The notes under the pieces: model-generated
Database searches by the model: none
The model's input: the letters and a program-made list of their open reading frames with translations, nothing else
What the model was told of the DNA's origin: nothing
In this document: positions 16,557 to 27,024 of the stretch, in pieces
How positions within the stretch are numbered: the stretch's first letter is position 1
How the letters are laid out: each line of letters starts with the position of its first letter
Made by a program: the position numbers and the translations under genes
DNA from: Geobacter metallireducens GS-15
GTDB taxonomy: Bacteria > Desulfobacterota > Desulfuromonadia > Geobacterales > Geobacteraceae
Length of the DNA: 32,000 nt
Assembly: GCF_000012925.1 (NCBI RefSeq)
Contig: NC_007517.1
Coordinates: forward strand, 540,001 to 572,000
Direction of reading: 5' to 3'

Positions 16557-16780
16557 AGCATCCCCCTGATCTCGTCCGGCGAGGCCACTTTGCCGGAGAA
16601 TTTGACTACCCCGTCGACCACCAGCGCGGGAGTGCGCATCACCCCGTACTTCATGATCTTCTGGATTTCTTCGACTTTGATGACCTCAGCCTCCTTGCCG
16701 CTCATCTCCACGGCCTTCTTCGCGTTCTCGTAGAGGGTTTTGCATTTGGCGCAGCCAGTGCCGAGCACTTCGATCTTCAT
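16553..16780 (-). CDS. small cytoplasmic thioredoxin-like protein (redox-active disulfide protein 2 type), CxxC = CAKC
   Basis: 75 aa. MKIEVLGTGCAKCK...TPALVVDG is the typical sequence of this mini-thioredoxin family, which is commonly paired with DUF318/ArsP-type permeases. Confidence 0.8.
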   Translation of the reverse strand: MKIEVLGTGCAKCKTLYENAKKAVEMSGKEAEVIKVEEIQKIMKYGVMRTPALVVDGVVKFSGKVASPDEIRGML

Positions 16781-16804
16781 TGGCGTTTCTCCTTTCGTTG
16801 TGGA

Positions 16805-17752
16805 TTAAAGAATCGCGTTGAACAGATATCCCACAATGACGATGGCCACGGCAACGGTGCCGAAAAAAACCGCCAGGAGCCGGTTCTTGAGGACGTTTTT
16901 CAGAATGATGGCCTCGGGGAGCGACAGGGCCGTCACCGCCATCATGAAGGCGAGCACTGTTCCCATGGCCATCCCCTTGGCGGTCAGGGCCTGAACGATG
17001 GGGATCACCCCGGCGGCGTTGCTGTAGAGCGGTACCCCGAGGGCCACGGCCACCGGCACCGCAAAGGGATTGTCCCTGCCGGCCCAGCGGGCCAGAAAAT
17101 CCTGAGGGACGTAGCCGTGGATGAAACCGCCGATGCCGATGCCGACGACCACGTAAGGCCAGATTTTCTTTAGGAGTCCGATGGTGTATTCACGGGCATA
17201 GTCAAACCGTTCGGACCAGCTCTGTTCGGTAATCTCGGCATTTCCCACCTGCATCTCCCACACGTAATCCTGAACGTGCTTCTCCATCTTCAGCCGCCCG
17301 ATGACGATACCGGCCACGATGGCCACCAGAAGCCCCATGCCGATATAGAGCAGCGCGATTTTCCACCCGAACATCCCCCAGAGCATGATGAGGGCCACCT
17401 CGTTCACCATGGGCGAGGAGACAAGGAACGAGAAGGTGACCCCGAGGGGAACCCCTGACTCCACGAAGCCGATGAAGAGCGGCACGGCCGAACAGGAGCA
17501 GAAGGGGGTCACGATTCCCAGGAGCGCTGCCATGACGTTCCCCACGTATTCCCGCTCGTGGGAGAGGATGCGCTTGGTCCGCTCCGGCGGAAACCACGAG
17601 CGGATGATGGCGACGACGAAGATGATGACTGCGAGGAGGAAGAAAATCTTGAGGGTGTCGTAGATGAAGAAATCGAGGGCCTCCCCCAGATGGCTCACCG
17701 GGGAGAGGCCGAAGAGATCGAATACTAGATAGTCGGCGAAGGGTTTGAACAC
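16805..17752 (-). CDS. arsP: ArsP-like permease (UPF0718/DUF318 family; putative organoarsenical efflux)
   Basis: 315 aa, about 8-10 TM helices. It contains the vicinal-Cys motif TPFCSCS described for ArsP methylarsenite permease. Lies in an ars context. Confidence 0.7.
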   Translation of the reverse strand: MFKPFADYLVFDLFGLSPVSHLGEALDFFIYDTLKIFFLLAVIIFVVAIIRSWFPPERTKRILSHEREYVGNVMAALLGIVTPFCSCSAVPLFIGFVESGVPLGVTFSFLVSSPMVNEVALIMLWGMFGWKIALLYIGMGLLVAIVAGIVIGRLKMEKHVQDYVWEMQVGNAEITEQSWSERFDYAREYTIGLLKKIWPYVVVGIGIGGFIHGYVPQDFLARWAGRDNPFAVPVAVALGVPLYSNAAGVIPIVQALTAKGMAMGTVLAFMMAVTALSLPEAIILKNVLKNRLLAVFFGTVAVAIVIVGYLFNAIL

Positions 17753-17766
17753 GCGAATCTCTCCCC

Positions 17767-18811
<1,045 letters not shown>

Positions 18812-18819
<8 letters not shown>

Positions 18820-19234
18820 GGGTTCCTCCGCTCAGGTGGGCAGTCAGCTCCTGTCGCATCTCATCCCGGACCCGACGAAATTCGGCCATGATTTCCCCTT
18901 CGGTGCCAGTGGCCCGTGAAGGGTCGTCGAACCCCACGTGCTCACGCCGGACTCCACCGACGAAGTAGGGACATTTTTCGGTGGCATCGCCGCAGAGGGT
19001 GATGACCCGGTCAAAGGTCTGCCCGTCGAATTCAGCGAGATTCTTGGAACGCTGATTGGAGATATCGATCCCCAGTTCAGCCATAACCCTGATTGCTCGC
19101 GGATTGACGGCGGTTGCCTCCGTGCCGGCGGAGAAGGCCTCCCATTGTCCGCCGAGAAAATGGTTTGCCAGCCCCTCGGCCATCTGGGAGCGGTTGGCGT
19201 TGTGGGTGCAGAGGAAGAGGACGCGATGTTTCAT
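18812..19234 (-). CDS. arsC: thioredoxin-coupled arsenate reductase (LMW-PTPase family)
   Basis: Start at ATG 19234 ([21 protein letters not shown]), with AGGAG upstream. CX5R P-loop CTHNANRS plus the downstream Cys pair [10 protein letters not shown]. 140 aa. The track's 262-aa ORF is an out-of-frame read-through over arsR. Confidence 0.9.
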
Positions 19235-19253
19235 AGAAACTCCTGTGAGGTGT

Positions 19254-19271
19254 GTATCCGGATACGCGGAT
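19254..19271 (-). promoter_or_regulatory. candidate ArsR operator copy 2 (gTATCCGGATAcGCGGAT) upstream of arsC
   Basis: 16 of 18 positions are identical to 19641-19658 in the arsR promoter. It contains the palindrome TATCCGGATA. It lies 20 nt upstream of the arsC ATG. Confidence 0.5.
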
Positions 19272-19289
19272 GAGGCGAAGCAAAAAAAA

Positions 19290-19631
19290 TCAGGCGCAGC
19301 GATTCCCCTGGCCAAAGCCGGCGAGGCGTTCGCGGTCGGCAAGGGCAACCGGTTCCGTGGCAAGGTACCGTGCCAGGAAAGCTTGGAGTTCGCCGCGCGC
19401 GGGTATGTCTGAGGGGGCAAGGGAGTAGTAGACCCAAACCCCTTCCCTGCGGTCATCCACCCAGCCGGCGTTCTTGAGTTGGGCCAAGTGCCGCGACACC
19501 GTGGACTGGGGGAGCTCCAGGGCCGCCATGAGATCGCAGACGCAGAGCTTCTTCTCCGCCAGGAGGAGCGCCAGGATTCGGAGGCGGGTTTCATCGGCAA
19601 GGGATTTGAAAAGACGGGCGGCCTGTTTCAT
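19290..19631 (-). CDS. arsR: ArsR/SmtB-family arsenite-responsive repressor
   Basis: Start at ATG 19631 (MKQAARLFKSLADETRLRILALL). wHTH with the As(III)-binding motif LCVCDL. 113 aa. Confidence 0.9.
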   Translation of the reverse strand: MKQAARLFKSLADETRLRILALLLAEKKLCVCDLMAALELPQSTVSRHLAQLKNAGWVDDRREGVWVYYSLAPSDIPARGELQAFLARYLATEPVALADRERLAGFGQGNRCA

Positions 19632-19637
19632 GGGGAA

Positions 19638-19666
19638 AATATATCCGGATAAGCGGATTGAGTCAA
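19638..19666 (-). promoter_or_regulatory. arsR promoter TTGACT-N17-TATATT with embedded operator copy 1
   Basis: Minus strand reads TTGACTcaatccgcttatccggaTATATTttccccATG. The -35 is the complement of 19661-19666 and the -10 the complement of 19638-19643. The 18-nt repeat 19641-19658 fills the spacer and overlaps the -10. Only 6 nt separate the -10 from the ATG. Confidence 0.55.
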
Positions 19667-19681
19667 GGGCTGATTCGGGAC

Positions 19682-20989
19682 TTACCCTTCCGCCTCGACA
19701 GGGTTCTCCAGGCTCAACACCCCGGCGCTCTCGTCGTAGGCGAAGATCTCGGCGTTTCGTCCCCACTCGATGACGACCCGCAAGACCCGCTGGGCTTCGT
19801 CCTCGCTCAGGTAGTCCTCCAGTTCCCGGAGAAAGCGCTCTTCCGGCGCGCGGTTGCCAGGGCGCTCGTCGAGTACCCGGCGGATGTGGGCTGCCAGCGA
19901 CACCCGGCGCACCAGGTGCTCGGCAAAAATCTCCTTCTGCCGGAGGATGTCGGCCTCGGCAAAGCTCCTTCCCGAGGGGGTGAGCTCCACGTCGCCCGCC
20001 TCCACCCGGGCGAAGCCGAGGATTTCCAGTGCCTCCAGGAGCGGGAAGAGGTGGTCGACGCTGAGCCCCTGGTCGTCGGCGATTTCGGGGAGGTCGGCCC
20101 GCCCCCGGTAGGGCTCCCGGGCCAGGGCGTCGATGAGGCCGGTGAGGCGGGAGACCGAGGCATCGGGGAGACGGTGGCCGATAGGAACACCTTCGGGGCG
20201 CGCGGCCCCGCGGGGTTTTTCGGTCATGAGGGCATAGACGTCGTCCACGAGCTTGCGGAAAGCTGGGGCCTCCCGGTCGCGGGGGTGGGGAAGGGGGACC
20301 GGCACCTCGGCGACGATTCGGCCGGGGGAGCTCCCGAGGATGACGATCCGGTCGGCCAGGAGGACCGATTCCTCGATGTTGTGGGAGACGAGGATGATGC
20401 CACGTGTTGGTATCCGCCGCTCGATCCAGAGTTCGATCAGGTCGGTGCGGAGGGTCTCGGCGGTGAGGACGTCAAGGGCCGAGAAAGGTTCGTCCATGAG
20501 GAGGAGATCGGGCTCCACCACCAGGGCTCGGGCAAAGCCGACCCGCTGGCGCATTCCGCCGGAGAGCTCCTTGGGGAAGGCGGATTCGAAGCCGTCGAGG
20601 CCGATCAGGTCGATGGCCTCCAGGGCGCGGCGGCGCCTTTCCGCCGCAGGCACCCGGCGGGCCAGGAGGCCCAGTTCCACGTTTTCGAGGACCGTGAGCC
20701 AGGGCATGAGGGCGAAGGTCTGGAAGACCATGGCCACCCCTTCCACCGGACCGGTGACCGGATTTCCTCCGTAGCTGACGGTGCCACCGCCGGGGGGGAC
20801 GAGCCCGGAGATGATCCGCAGGAGGGTCGATTTCCCCGAACCCGAGCGGCCCAGCAGCGCAACGATCTCACCCTCGCCGACGGTGAGGGCTACGCCATCG
20901 AGGACGAGGTGCTCATCACCCTCGGTCTTGCGGTACGATTTCCTGATGTTGTCGAGCCGGAGCAGTTCGGCGGACGCTGAAGTTGTCAT
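19682..20989 (-). CDS. ABC transporter ATP-binding protein (NitT/TauT-like) with about 180-aa C-terminal extension
   Basis: 435 aa. Walker A GRSGSGKST, Q-loop, signature LSGGMRQRV, Walker B LLLMDEPFSALD, H-loop VSHN. The C-terminal helical domain (residues about 255-435) resembles the AAA-associated C-terminal domain seen in this subfamily. Confidence 0.85.
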   Translation of the reverse strand: MTTSASAELLRLDNIRKSYRKTEGDEHLVLDGVALTVGEGEIVALLGRSGSGKSTLLRIISGLVPPGGGTVSYGGNPVTGPVEGVAMVFQTFALMPWLTVLENVELGLLARRVPAAERRRRALEAIDLIGLDGFESAFPKELSGGMRQRVGFARALVVEPDLLLMDEPFSALDVLTAETLRTDLIELWIERRIPTRGIILVSHNIEESVLLADRIVILGSSPGRIVAEVPVPLPHPRDREAPAFRKLVDDVYALMTEKPRGAARPEGVPIGHRLPDASVSRLTGLIDALAREPYRGRADLPEIADDQGLSVDHLFPLLEALEILGFARVEAGDVELTPSGRSFAEADILRQKEIFAEHLVRRVSLAAHIRRVLDERPGNRAPEERFLRELEDYLSEDEAQRVLRVVIEWGRNAEIFAYDESAGVLSLENPVEAEG

Positions 20990-20998
20990 GGGCGGTTC

Positions 20999-22738
20999 CT
21001 AGTCAAGGCGATACCTGGTCTGGGCCAGGAGGTAGAGCCTGCGCCAGAAGAGGCGGTTCAGGCAGACAACGAAGATGCTCATTACCGCGATGCCGAGAAC
21101 GATGTGGGGGTAGTCCCCCTGCTCGGTCCAGCGGGCAATGGCCGAACCGAGGCCGGTGGCGGTGAGGGTGGTGGGGCCCCAGCTCACCATCTCGGCAACG
21201 ATGCTCGCGTTCCAGGTTCCTCCCGAGGCGGTCACGAGCCCCGTCACCAGGGAGGGGAAGATGCCGGGGAGGAGCAGCCGCCGCCAGAGCTCCCACCCCG
21301 AGAGCCCCAGGTTGGTCGCCGCTTCGCGCAGGTCGTTGGGGATGGCGGAGGCCCCGGCGATGACGTTGAAGAGGATGTACCACTGGGTGCCGAGGATCAT
21401 GAGGGGGGCGGTCCAGATTTCAGGATTGAGCCGGAAACGGACGATGAGGACCACCACTACCGGGAAGAAGAGGTTTGCGGGGAACGCGGCCAGGAACTGG
21501 GCCACCGGCTGAACGCGAGTCGCCCACCGGGGATTGAGCCCTATCCTGACCCCCACAGGGATCCAGAGAAGCGAGGCCAGGGCGAGGAGGACCGTCACCC
21601 GCGCCAGGGTAGCCAGACCCAGCCCGAAGACGGAGAGCACCTCGCGGAGGGGGATGACGCTCACGAAGGTTGCCAGTTTCCAGAGGCCGTAGAGCGCTGC
21701 CAGGGCAAAGATTGCGTTCCAGGCGCGATCGATGGTCCGCTGTACTTCCGGCCGGATGGGGTACCTCGACCGGCGCGGGAGGCGGCGTCTCCGGGGAAAA
21801 CGCTCTGCCAGCCGTGCCGGTAGCGCGCCAATCAGACGAAGGAGCCGGCCCATGAGCCGCGTCCGGGTGAAGATGGTGAGAAGCCACGATTCCGGAGGAG
21901 CGCCCGATTCAGTGAGCTCCACCCGGAATTTTTCGGCCCATGCCACGAGGGGGCGGAAGAAGAGCTGGTCGTAGAGGAAGATGACCAGGGCCATGGTCGC
22001 CAGGGCCCATCCTATGGCGCCCAGGTCCTGCCGGTGGATGGCGAGCGCCATGTAGGAGCCGATGCCGGGGAGGGTCACGGAGGTCTTCCCCACGGTGATC
22101 GCCTCGGAGGCCACCACGAAAAACCACCCCCCCGAGACCGACATCATAATGTTCCAGATGAGGGGGGGGACGCCGAAGGGAGCCTCTACCCGCCAGAACC
22201 GCTTCCAGGGGGAGAGGCCGAAGATGGTGGCCGCTTCTCCCAGGTCCTTGGGGACGGTTTTCATGGACTGGTAAAAACTGAAGGCCATGTTCCATGCCTG
22301 GGAGGTAAAAATGGCAAAGATGGAAGCGGCCTCGACCCCCAGGAGGCTCCCCGGGAACAGGGAGATGAAGCCGGTTACGGTCACGGAGAGGAAGCCGAGG
22401 ATCGGCACCGACTGGAGGATGTCGAGAGCCGGCACGAGGATCGGGCCGAGCCGGCGGCTCTTGGCCGCCAGGGTTGCGTAGGTGAGGGTGAAGGCGAGGG
22501 AGAGGCCGAGGGCCGCCCCCATCCTGATTACGGTCCGCAGCGCGTAGTAGGGGAGGTGCCACGGATCGGGGGAGAGGGAGGGGACCGTCTTCCCCGGCAC
22601 ATAGGGGAGGGCCATTTCCCGGCTTCCCCAGGCGAGGAGCGCGATGATGCCCATGACAAGAAAGAATGCCGCCAGATCCCAGGCATTGGGCGTCGTGAGC
22701 TTTCCGCGGAAGTTGTCGTCGGTGGTGTGGGGCTGCAC
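20999..22738 (-). CDS. fused double ABC permease (two BPD-transporter domains, NitT/TauT-like)
   Basis: 579 aa, GTG start at 22738 with AAGGAAAGG upstream. Two EAA-like loops (EAATIFGLSPWKRFWRVEAP and EAATNLGLSGWELWRRLLLP), about 12 TM helices. Confidence 0.85.
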   Translation of the reverse strand: MQPHTTDDNFRGKLTTPNAWDLAAFFLVMGIIALLAWGSREMALPYVPGKTVPSLSPDPWHLPYYALRTVIRMGAALGLSLAFTLTYATLAAKSRRLGPILVPALDILQSVPILGFLSVTVTGFISLFPGSLLGVEAASIFAIFTSQAWNMAFSFYQSMKTVPKDLGEAATIFGLSPWKRFWRVEAPFGVPPLIWNIMMSVSGGWFFVVASEAITVGKTSVTLPGIGSYMALAIHRQDLGAIGWALATMALVIFLYDQLFFRPLVAWAEKFRVELTESGAPPESWLLTIFTRTRLMGRLLRLIGALPARLAERFPRRRRLPRRSRYPIRPEVQRTIDRAWNAIFALAALYGLWKLATFVSVIPLREVLSVFGLGLATLARVTVLLALASLLWIPVGVRIGLNPRWATRVQPVAQFLAAFPANLFFPVVVVLIVRFRLNPEIWTAPLMILGTQWYILFNVIAGASAIPNDLREAATNLGLSGWELWRRLLLPGIFPSLVTGLVTASGGTWNASIVAEMVSWGPTTLTATGLGSAIARWTEQGDYPHIVLGIAVMSIFVVCLNRLFWRRLYLLAQTRYRLD

Positions 22739-22813
22739 GGGTTACCTTTCCTTGTCACGGGGAGGATTTCCTTATCAGGTGTTGGATGCTGCAGAGTGGT
22801 GAATGTCGTGTCG

Positions 22814-23584
22814 TTATGCCGTCTCTCCCGTGTGAGTGGCGGGAGCAAACCGTGATCCATCGGCGGCCCCACCGCTTTCCGATGGGGCGAGGTGGGGCCT
22901 GAAAATCCAGTAGAGCCCCAGGGCCGAGAACCAGCAGATGGCCGCGGACCAGACCATGTGCGAGAAAAAGTGGGCTCCCCGTGCCATCTGGGCGTAGCCG
23001 TAAATGGTGCCGAGTGCGAATCCCGTTGCGAGGCCTGCCCGGGCGATCTTGGCGCGGCGATCCCGCAGGGCGAAGTATATGGCCATGAGGGAAAAACCTC
23101 CGGCGGCGTGTACCGCCGGAAAGCAATGCCCGTTGTTGGCGCCGGGGGGATTTCCCTCGAAGAGCCGGGTGTAGGGGACCGGCCCGCCGTAGCGTTCCAC
23201 GGACCAGGGACAGTGGCGGCCGGATAAACCCCTGCCGACGGCAACGAGGCAAATGCCGATGCCTATGGCCATGGCCAGGTAGAGGGCGGCCCACCGGAAG
23301 GGGCGCAACCGGACAACCTGGAACGACAGGACCCAGGCGATGAAGGAAAGCGATGTGACCGCGGCGATCAGGTCACGCCCCCGCTCGTGGATGAGCCATT
23401 GGGCCCACCACGAGTACCGGGCCGGCCAGGTGCCGGCAGTGAAATCGTAGAAGCGGTCAGCCAGGACCAGGTCCACGTGGGTAATCTCGCAGGCCGTGGC
23501 CGCGAAAACGAAGAGGAGAAGCGGCACGATCCCGTGACTGAGCCAGAAGGGAGCATCAAGGGGCGCGGTCGTACGTGTCTTCAT
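22814..23584 (-). CDS. PAP2-superfamily membrane phosphatase (divergent motifs)
   Basis: 256 aa, about 6 TM helices. Degenerate PAP2 boxes GRGLSGRHCPW, FPAVHAAGG and ARGAHFFSH. The start is 2 nt after the upstream gene's stop. Confidence 0.6.
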   Translation of the reverse strand: MKTRTTAPLDAPFWLSHGIVPLLLFVFAATACEITHVDLVLADRFYDFTAGTWPARYSWWAQWLIHERGRDLIAAVTSLSFIAWVLSFQVVRLRPFRWAALYLAMAIGIGICLVAVGRGLSGRHCPWSVERYGGPVPYTRLFEGNPPGANNGHCFPAVHAAGGFSLMAIYFALRDRRAKIARAGLATGFALGTIYGYAQMARGAHFFSHMVWSAAICWFSALGLYWIFRPHLAPSESGGAADGSRFAPATHTGETA

Positions 23585-23586
23585 GG

Positions 23587-25488
23587 TCAGGGGAGCCTGT
23601 TGAGCCGATTCTTGTAAATATAGTTCGCCCCCTGGTACCAGGCAAGGGCTTTTTGGAGGGACTGTTCATCCATGGGGAGCGGCTGGGTGTCGCCGCTGCG
23701 GCGGTCGAACCGGGCCAGGGTTGCCCCTTTCTGGGGGCTGAGGATCAGGAGCCGGTCACCCTCGATGTAGCCCAGCTTCTGGTAGGTGGAGATGAAGGCC
23801 CGTTCGGGCTGCGTGTCGGCCTTGAGGATGTCGCGCCCCAGGAAGTCGGTGGTGTAGCTCATGTTGAGGAGTCCGAGCACCGTGGGGGCCACGTCGATCT
23901 GGCCCATCATCCGATCCACCTTTCCCGGCGTCACGTTGTGGGGGGAGTAGACAAGGAGCGGGATCTCGTACTTCTTCACCGGCAGTTCGGTCTTGCCGGC
24001 GCTGCCGGCGCAGTGGTCGGCAATGAAGACGAAGACGGTATCCTTGAACCAAGGCTCCTTCCGGGCTTCTTCGATGAACTTCCCGATGGCGTAGTCGGCG
24101 TATTTCACCCCTCCGTCACGGCCGGTCTTGGAGGGAATGTCGATTTTCCCGTCCGGATAGGTGAAGGGACGGTGGTTGGAGGTGGTCATAAGCATGTTGA
24201 AGAAAGGGCGCCCCGCCTCAAATGACTTCCGCGACTCCTTGATGGTCTTGCGGTAGAGGTCTTCGTCGCAGACTCCCCAGACGTTGGCGAAGGTTATCTC
24301 GTCCTTGGCAAAGCTGTTGCGGTCGACAATGTCGAAGCCGTTGCCGGAGAAAAAGGCGTTCATGTTGTCAAAGTAGCCATATCCCGCGTAGATGTAGCGG
24401 GTGTCGTACCCCTTCTCCTTCATGATTTCACCCCAGGACCGAAAGCCGCCGTTATTGGGGCGCTTCACGATGGAGGTGCCCGGAAGCGGCGGTATCGAGA
24501 GGTTGAGGGCCTCCAGCCCCCGGACCGTCCTGGTGCCGCTGGCGTAGAGGTGGGTGAAGAGCAGGGAATCCCTGGAGAGACGGTCGATGTTCGGCGAGAG
24601 TCCCTTGGTGTTGCCGAATATTCCGAGGTACTCGGCACTCAGGCTCTCCTCCACCACCACGATGACGTTGAGCCGCTTTTCCTCTCCTTCGCCGGTGATC
24701 TGCCGGGTCATGCGGGGCGCCGGGGTGGTGAAGTGGTTGTTGCGCTCCTCCACCAAGCCGCGGAGCCGGGCCAGTACCTGCCGGTCGTCCCGGGTCACGT
24801 AGAACTGTCTGAAGTCGAGCTCGTTGTTGCGGAAGGCCGCGAAGAGGCCATAGAGGCCGTTGCCGGCCAGTTCGTTGGCGTAGCTGTTGGCGGAGATCTC
24901 CGTGCCGGAAATGTTCACGAGGAGAAGGGCTGCCAGGGGGGCGGCAAGGAGCGTGGCGCCCAGACGACGGTGGCGGCCGGCAAAGGTCGTGGCGGCGGCC
25001 CGGTCGATGGCGGAGCGGAGCAGGAATACCGCAACCAGGGAAATAGCAAAGATTCCGCCGAGAATCGGCGCCAGGGGGTACGACTCGCGGATGTTGCCGA
25101 TGACCTCATGGGTGTAGATCAGGTAATCCACGGCAATGAAGTTGAAGCGGGTCGAGAACTCCTCGAAGAAGAAGTACTCGGCCACGGCGCCGAAGATGAG
25201 GGCGTAGAGGATGATGAAGATGGCGGTGCGGACCACCCAGCGGTGCCCGCTGCTTCCCGCGAGCCGCCGGGGGGCGAGGATCAGGTAGAGGGCCGCCGGG
25301 ATGAGGAGATAGGCGAGGGCCGCCGCGTCGAAAATGAACCCTGTTCCGTAGGCCTTTGCCACCAGGGGGAGGGTGAGCCCGGACCCCTTGGGGACCATGG
25401 TGAGGAGAACGGTACGGGTTATGATGGAGATGGCGAGAAAGATGAGTGAGAAGAGGGTGATGATGCCAAAGGTACGGCGCTTGGTCAT
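23587..25488 (-). CDS. LTA-synthase-family sulfatase-domain membrane protein (phosphoglycerol/phosphoethanolamine-transferase-like)
   Basis: N-terminal 5-TM region followed by a sulfatase/alkaline-phosphatase domain (VVVEESLSAEY, SGTRTVRGLEA, NHRPF, ADHC). The preferred start is ATG 25488 (GGAG 5 nt upstream). The track start at 25587 is a TTG without an SD. Confidence 0.8.
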   Translation of the reverse strand: MTKRRTFGIITLFSLIFLAISIITRTVLLTMVPKGSGLTLPLVAKAYGTGFIFDAAALAYLLIPAALYLILAPRRLAGSSGHRWVVRTAIFIILYALIFGAVAEYFFFEEFSTRFNFIAVDYLIYTHEVIGNIRESYPLAPILGGIFAISLVAVFLLRSAIDRAAATTFAGRHRRLGATLLAAPLAALLLVNISGTEISANSYANELAGNGLYGLFAAFRNNELDFRQFYVTRDDRQVLARLRGLVEERNNHFTTPAPRMTRQITGEGEEKRLNVIVVVEESLSAEYLGIFGNTKGLSPNIDRLSRDSLLFTHLYASGTRTVRGLEALNLSIPPLPGTSIVKRPNNGGFRSWGEIMKEKGYDTRYIYAGYGYFDNMNAFFSGNGFDIVDRNSFAKDEITFANVWGVCDEDLYRKTIKESRKSFEAGRPFFNMLMTTSNHRPFTYPDGKIDIPSKTGRDGGVKYADYAIGKFIEEARKEPWFKDTVFVFIADHCAGSAGKTELPVKKYEIPLLVYSPHNVTPGKVDRMMGQIDVAPTVLGLLNMSYTTDFLGRDILKADTQPERAFISTYQKLGYIEGDRLLILSPQKGATLARFDRRSGDTQPLPMDEQSLQKALAWYQGANYIYKNRLNRLP

Positions 25489-25590
25489 GGGGGCTCCGCT
25501 GACAGGAGATAGCACTTCAGCGGAAAATTTTACCAGAGACAACCTGACCGGACCATGACGGGAAGATGACAATTTCGTCATCTTCAAAAG

Positions 25591-27024
25591 TTACAATGGT
25601 GACGGAGCTGCGGGAAAGTGGAGCGTCACGGCGGTTCCCCGCCCCGGTTCGCTGGAGACCGAAACGCTTCCCCCGTGGAGGTCCATGATGGAGCGGACGA
25701 TGGCGAGGCCGAGGCCGGTCCCCTGGGCATTGAGGGCGCGGGCCTCGCTGCTGCGGTAGAAGCGGTCGAAGACCCGGAGGAGATCGTCCGGCGCGATGCC
25801 GATGCCGGTGTCGGTAACGGTGAGATGGGCGGCGCCGTCGTTGTCCCGGGTGAAGGAGACGGTGATCGCCCCTCCCGTGGGGGTGTAGCGGATGGCGTTG
25901 GAGAGCAGGTTGCCGACGGCCCGCTGGAAGAGGAGCGGGTCAGCATGTATCTCACCCCGGCCGGAGCAGGAAATGGTTATCTCCTTCTCTTCCGCCAGGG
26001 TGCCGTAGAAGTCCAGGAGCAGTTCCAGTTCGCCGCGCATGTCCAGGGGGATCGGCTCGATCCGTTGCTCGGCCCTGGCCAGGAAGAGGATGTTGTCGAT
26101 CAGGCGCGAGAGGCGCTCGTACTCCTCAAGGCTCGACTCGATGACCCGCCGGTACTCTTCGGCGGAGCGGGCCCGGGAGATAGCCACCTCGGCCTCGCCC
26201 CGAAGGATGTTGATGGGGGTGCGGATTTCGTGGGCCAGGTTGGCGGAGGATGCTTCGAGCCGGTCGAAAGACGTTTCAAGGCGGTCGAGCATGCCGTCGA
26301 AGGCGGCGGCGAAACGGGCCAGTTCCCGGGGCCATACCCGGGCACCGAGGCGTTCATCAAGGGTCGTCACATCGATGCGTCCGGCCGCACCGGTAATCTC
26401 TGCCAGGGGGCGGAGGCCCCGGCGCACCACCACGGCACTGAGAGCGGCCGAAAGGCAAATGCCGGCCAGAAACACAAAAGCCATCTTCTGCTTGTATCCC
26501 TGAAGGATATCCTCGTCGTCGGTCACGTCGAGGGCCACCTGGATAAAGCGGGATGAAAGCCCCTTCTCCGACATTCCCCAGGCGGAGTTCAGCAGATAGA
26601 TCCGCCCGTCTTGCACGTGGAGCTTTTTGCCTTGGCCGATGGCGCGGGAATCCCGGGCTGGCGGGGGGAACTGGCGGGCAGGAACAATGCGGTCCATTCC
26701 CCGTGTCTCCATGACCACATTTCCCTGCCGCCCCATGATTCGAACCAGGTAACGGGTGTCCTGCCGCAGGGCCCCTTCCCAGTTGACTTCCTGATCAAGG
26801 TGGGCGGAGTCGTCGGGGTAGCGGGCAATGATCGCCTCGATCACCCGTATTTTCTCGATGATGAAGTTGTTGTCCTCGAACTCCAGGTCGCTTGCCAGGG
26901 CGAGAAACTGGAAGACGATGACAAAGAGGAGAACACACGTGGTGGCCAGGGTGGAGAGGATGGTGAGCCGTGCGGTGAGGGAGAGAGCCCCCGGGTGGGT
27001 CACTTCACGCTCCGTCGAGGACAT
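25591..27024 (-). CDS. heavy-metal-sensor-type (CusS/CzcS-like) membrane histidine kinase
   Basis: 477 aa. TM1, a periplasmic loop of about 140 aa, TM2, HAMP, H-box AHEIRTP, N-box [15 protein letters not shown] and GTGLGLAI. It overlaps the response regulator stop by 20 nt. Confidence 0.85.
   Translation of the reverse strand: MSSTEREVTHPGALSLTARLTILSTLATTCVLLFVIVFQFLALASDLEFEDNNFIIEKIRVIEAIIARYPDDSAHLDQEVNWEGALRQDTRYLVRIMGRQGNVVMETRGMDRIVPARQFPPPARDSRAIGQGKKLHVQDGRIYLLNSAWGMSEKGLSSRFIQVALDVTDDEDILQGYKQKMAFVFLAGICLSAALSAVVVRRGLRPLAEITGAAGRIDVTTLDERLGARVWPRELARFAAAFDGMLDRLETSFDRLEASSANLAHEIRTPINILRGEAEVAISRARSAEEYRRVIESSLEEYERLSRLIDNILFLARAEQRIEPIPLDMRGELELLLDFYGTLAEEKEITISCSGRGEIHADPLLFQRAVGNLLSNAIRYTPTGGAITVSFTRDNDGAAHLTVTDTGIGIAPDDLLRVFDRFYRSSEARALNAQGTGLGLAIVRSIMDLHGGSVSVSSEPGRGTAVTLHFPAAPSPL

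Noticed and set aside
19282-19289. The T8 run immediately after the arsR stop as an intrinsic terminator separating arsR from arsC.
   Set aside because: Only a 4-bp CAGG/CCTG stem precedes it, which is too weak to call a terminator. It is mentioned only in the context of the second operator copy.
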